A stretch of DNA of 64,000 nucleotides, taken from the NCBI GenBank assembly GCA_030324005.1, contig JARDVH010000099.1, forward strand, positions 52,609,172 to 52,673,171, written 5' to 3'. The first letter of the stretch is position 1. Each line of letters opens with the position of its first letter. The translations under genes were made by a program, and so were the position numbers. Shown here one piece after another: positions 63,657 to 64,000 of the stretch. The stretch is from Negaprion brevirostris (taxonomy: Eukaryota). A model generated the notes under the pieces. It did not search any database and was not told where the DNA came from. It worked only from the letters and a program-made list of their open reading frames with translations.

Positions 63657-64000
63657 AATGTTTTTATTCAGTTGTATATTATGAAACATGTGGAAGGAAA
63701 GTGTTTCCCTCACTCACATCGTTGACTGTTTTTTCCACACAATATTAATCCTGTCTACTAACATGCAATCATTAAAAAGTTGCAAATTCAAAAAAAAACC
63801 CTTGTGTGACAATTCTGGGATTTCTTAGCATCGAGATAAGAAAAACGAATACTAGCTAAAGGAATACAATGACATTTACTTTACTGTAAATGATGCACAA
63901 ATAAACAATCTAAAGTGGATGTTACTTTTGCAGTTTGAAAGAAAACTGTCCTATAACCCTTTTACAGTGATAATTCCACCTTAATCTTTGGTTTTACCTT

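Overview
Eukaryotic (vertebrate) genomic DNA, almost certainly an elasmobranch (shark), judged from HE1/V-SINE, DeuSINE, CR1/HER1, Rex1/Babar, Penelope and Harbinger repeats that I recognise by eye. The only host coding sequence I can support is the 3' end of GPATCH2 on the minus strand: an 89-nt internal exon (28492-28580), a 20.2-kb intron, and the terminal G-patch exon (CDS 8147-8316), followed by a long repeat-poor probable 3' UTR. Everything above 28581 appears to be intron, because I found no further exon. The rest is decayed transposable elements, often nested, interleaved with repeat-free AT-rich islands that look like conserved non-coding enhancers (in mammals GPATCH2 lies next to ESRRG). 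Almost all ORFs in the supplied track are spurious or TE remnants. I found no convincing new biological system. The most interesting signals are a minimal hammerhead-ribozyme fold in a Penelope terminal repeat lying sense to the GPATCH2 pre-mRNA, a MITE carrying an inverted copy of its own flank, splice-architecture features of the GPATCH2 end, a four-layer TE nest, and a CpG-rich foreign-looking patch beside a gap. Repeat family names come from recalled consensus and protein motifs, not from a database search. Repeat boundaries are approximate unless a TSD is quoted. The many N runs limit certainty.
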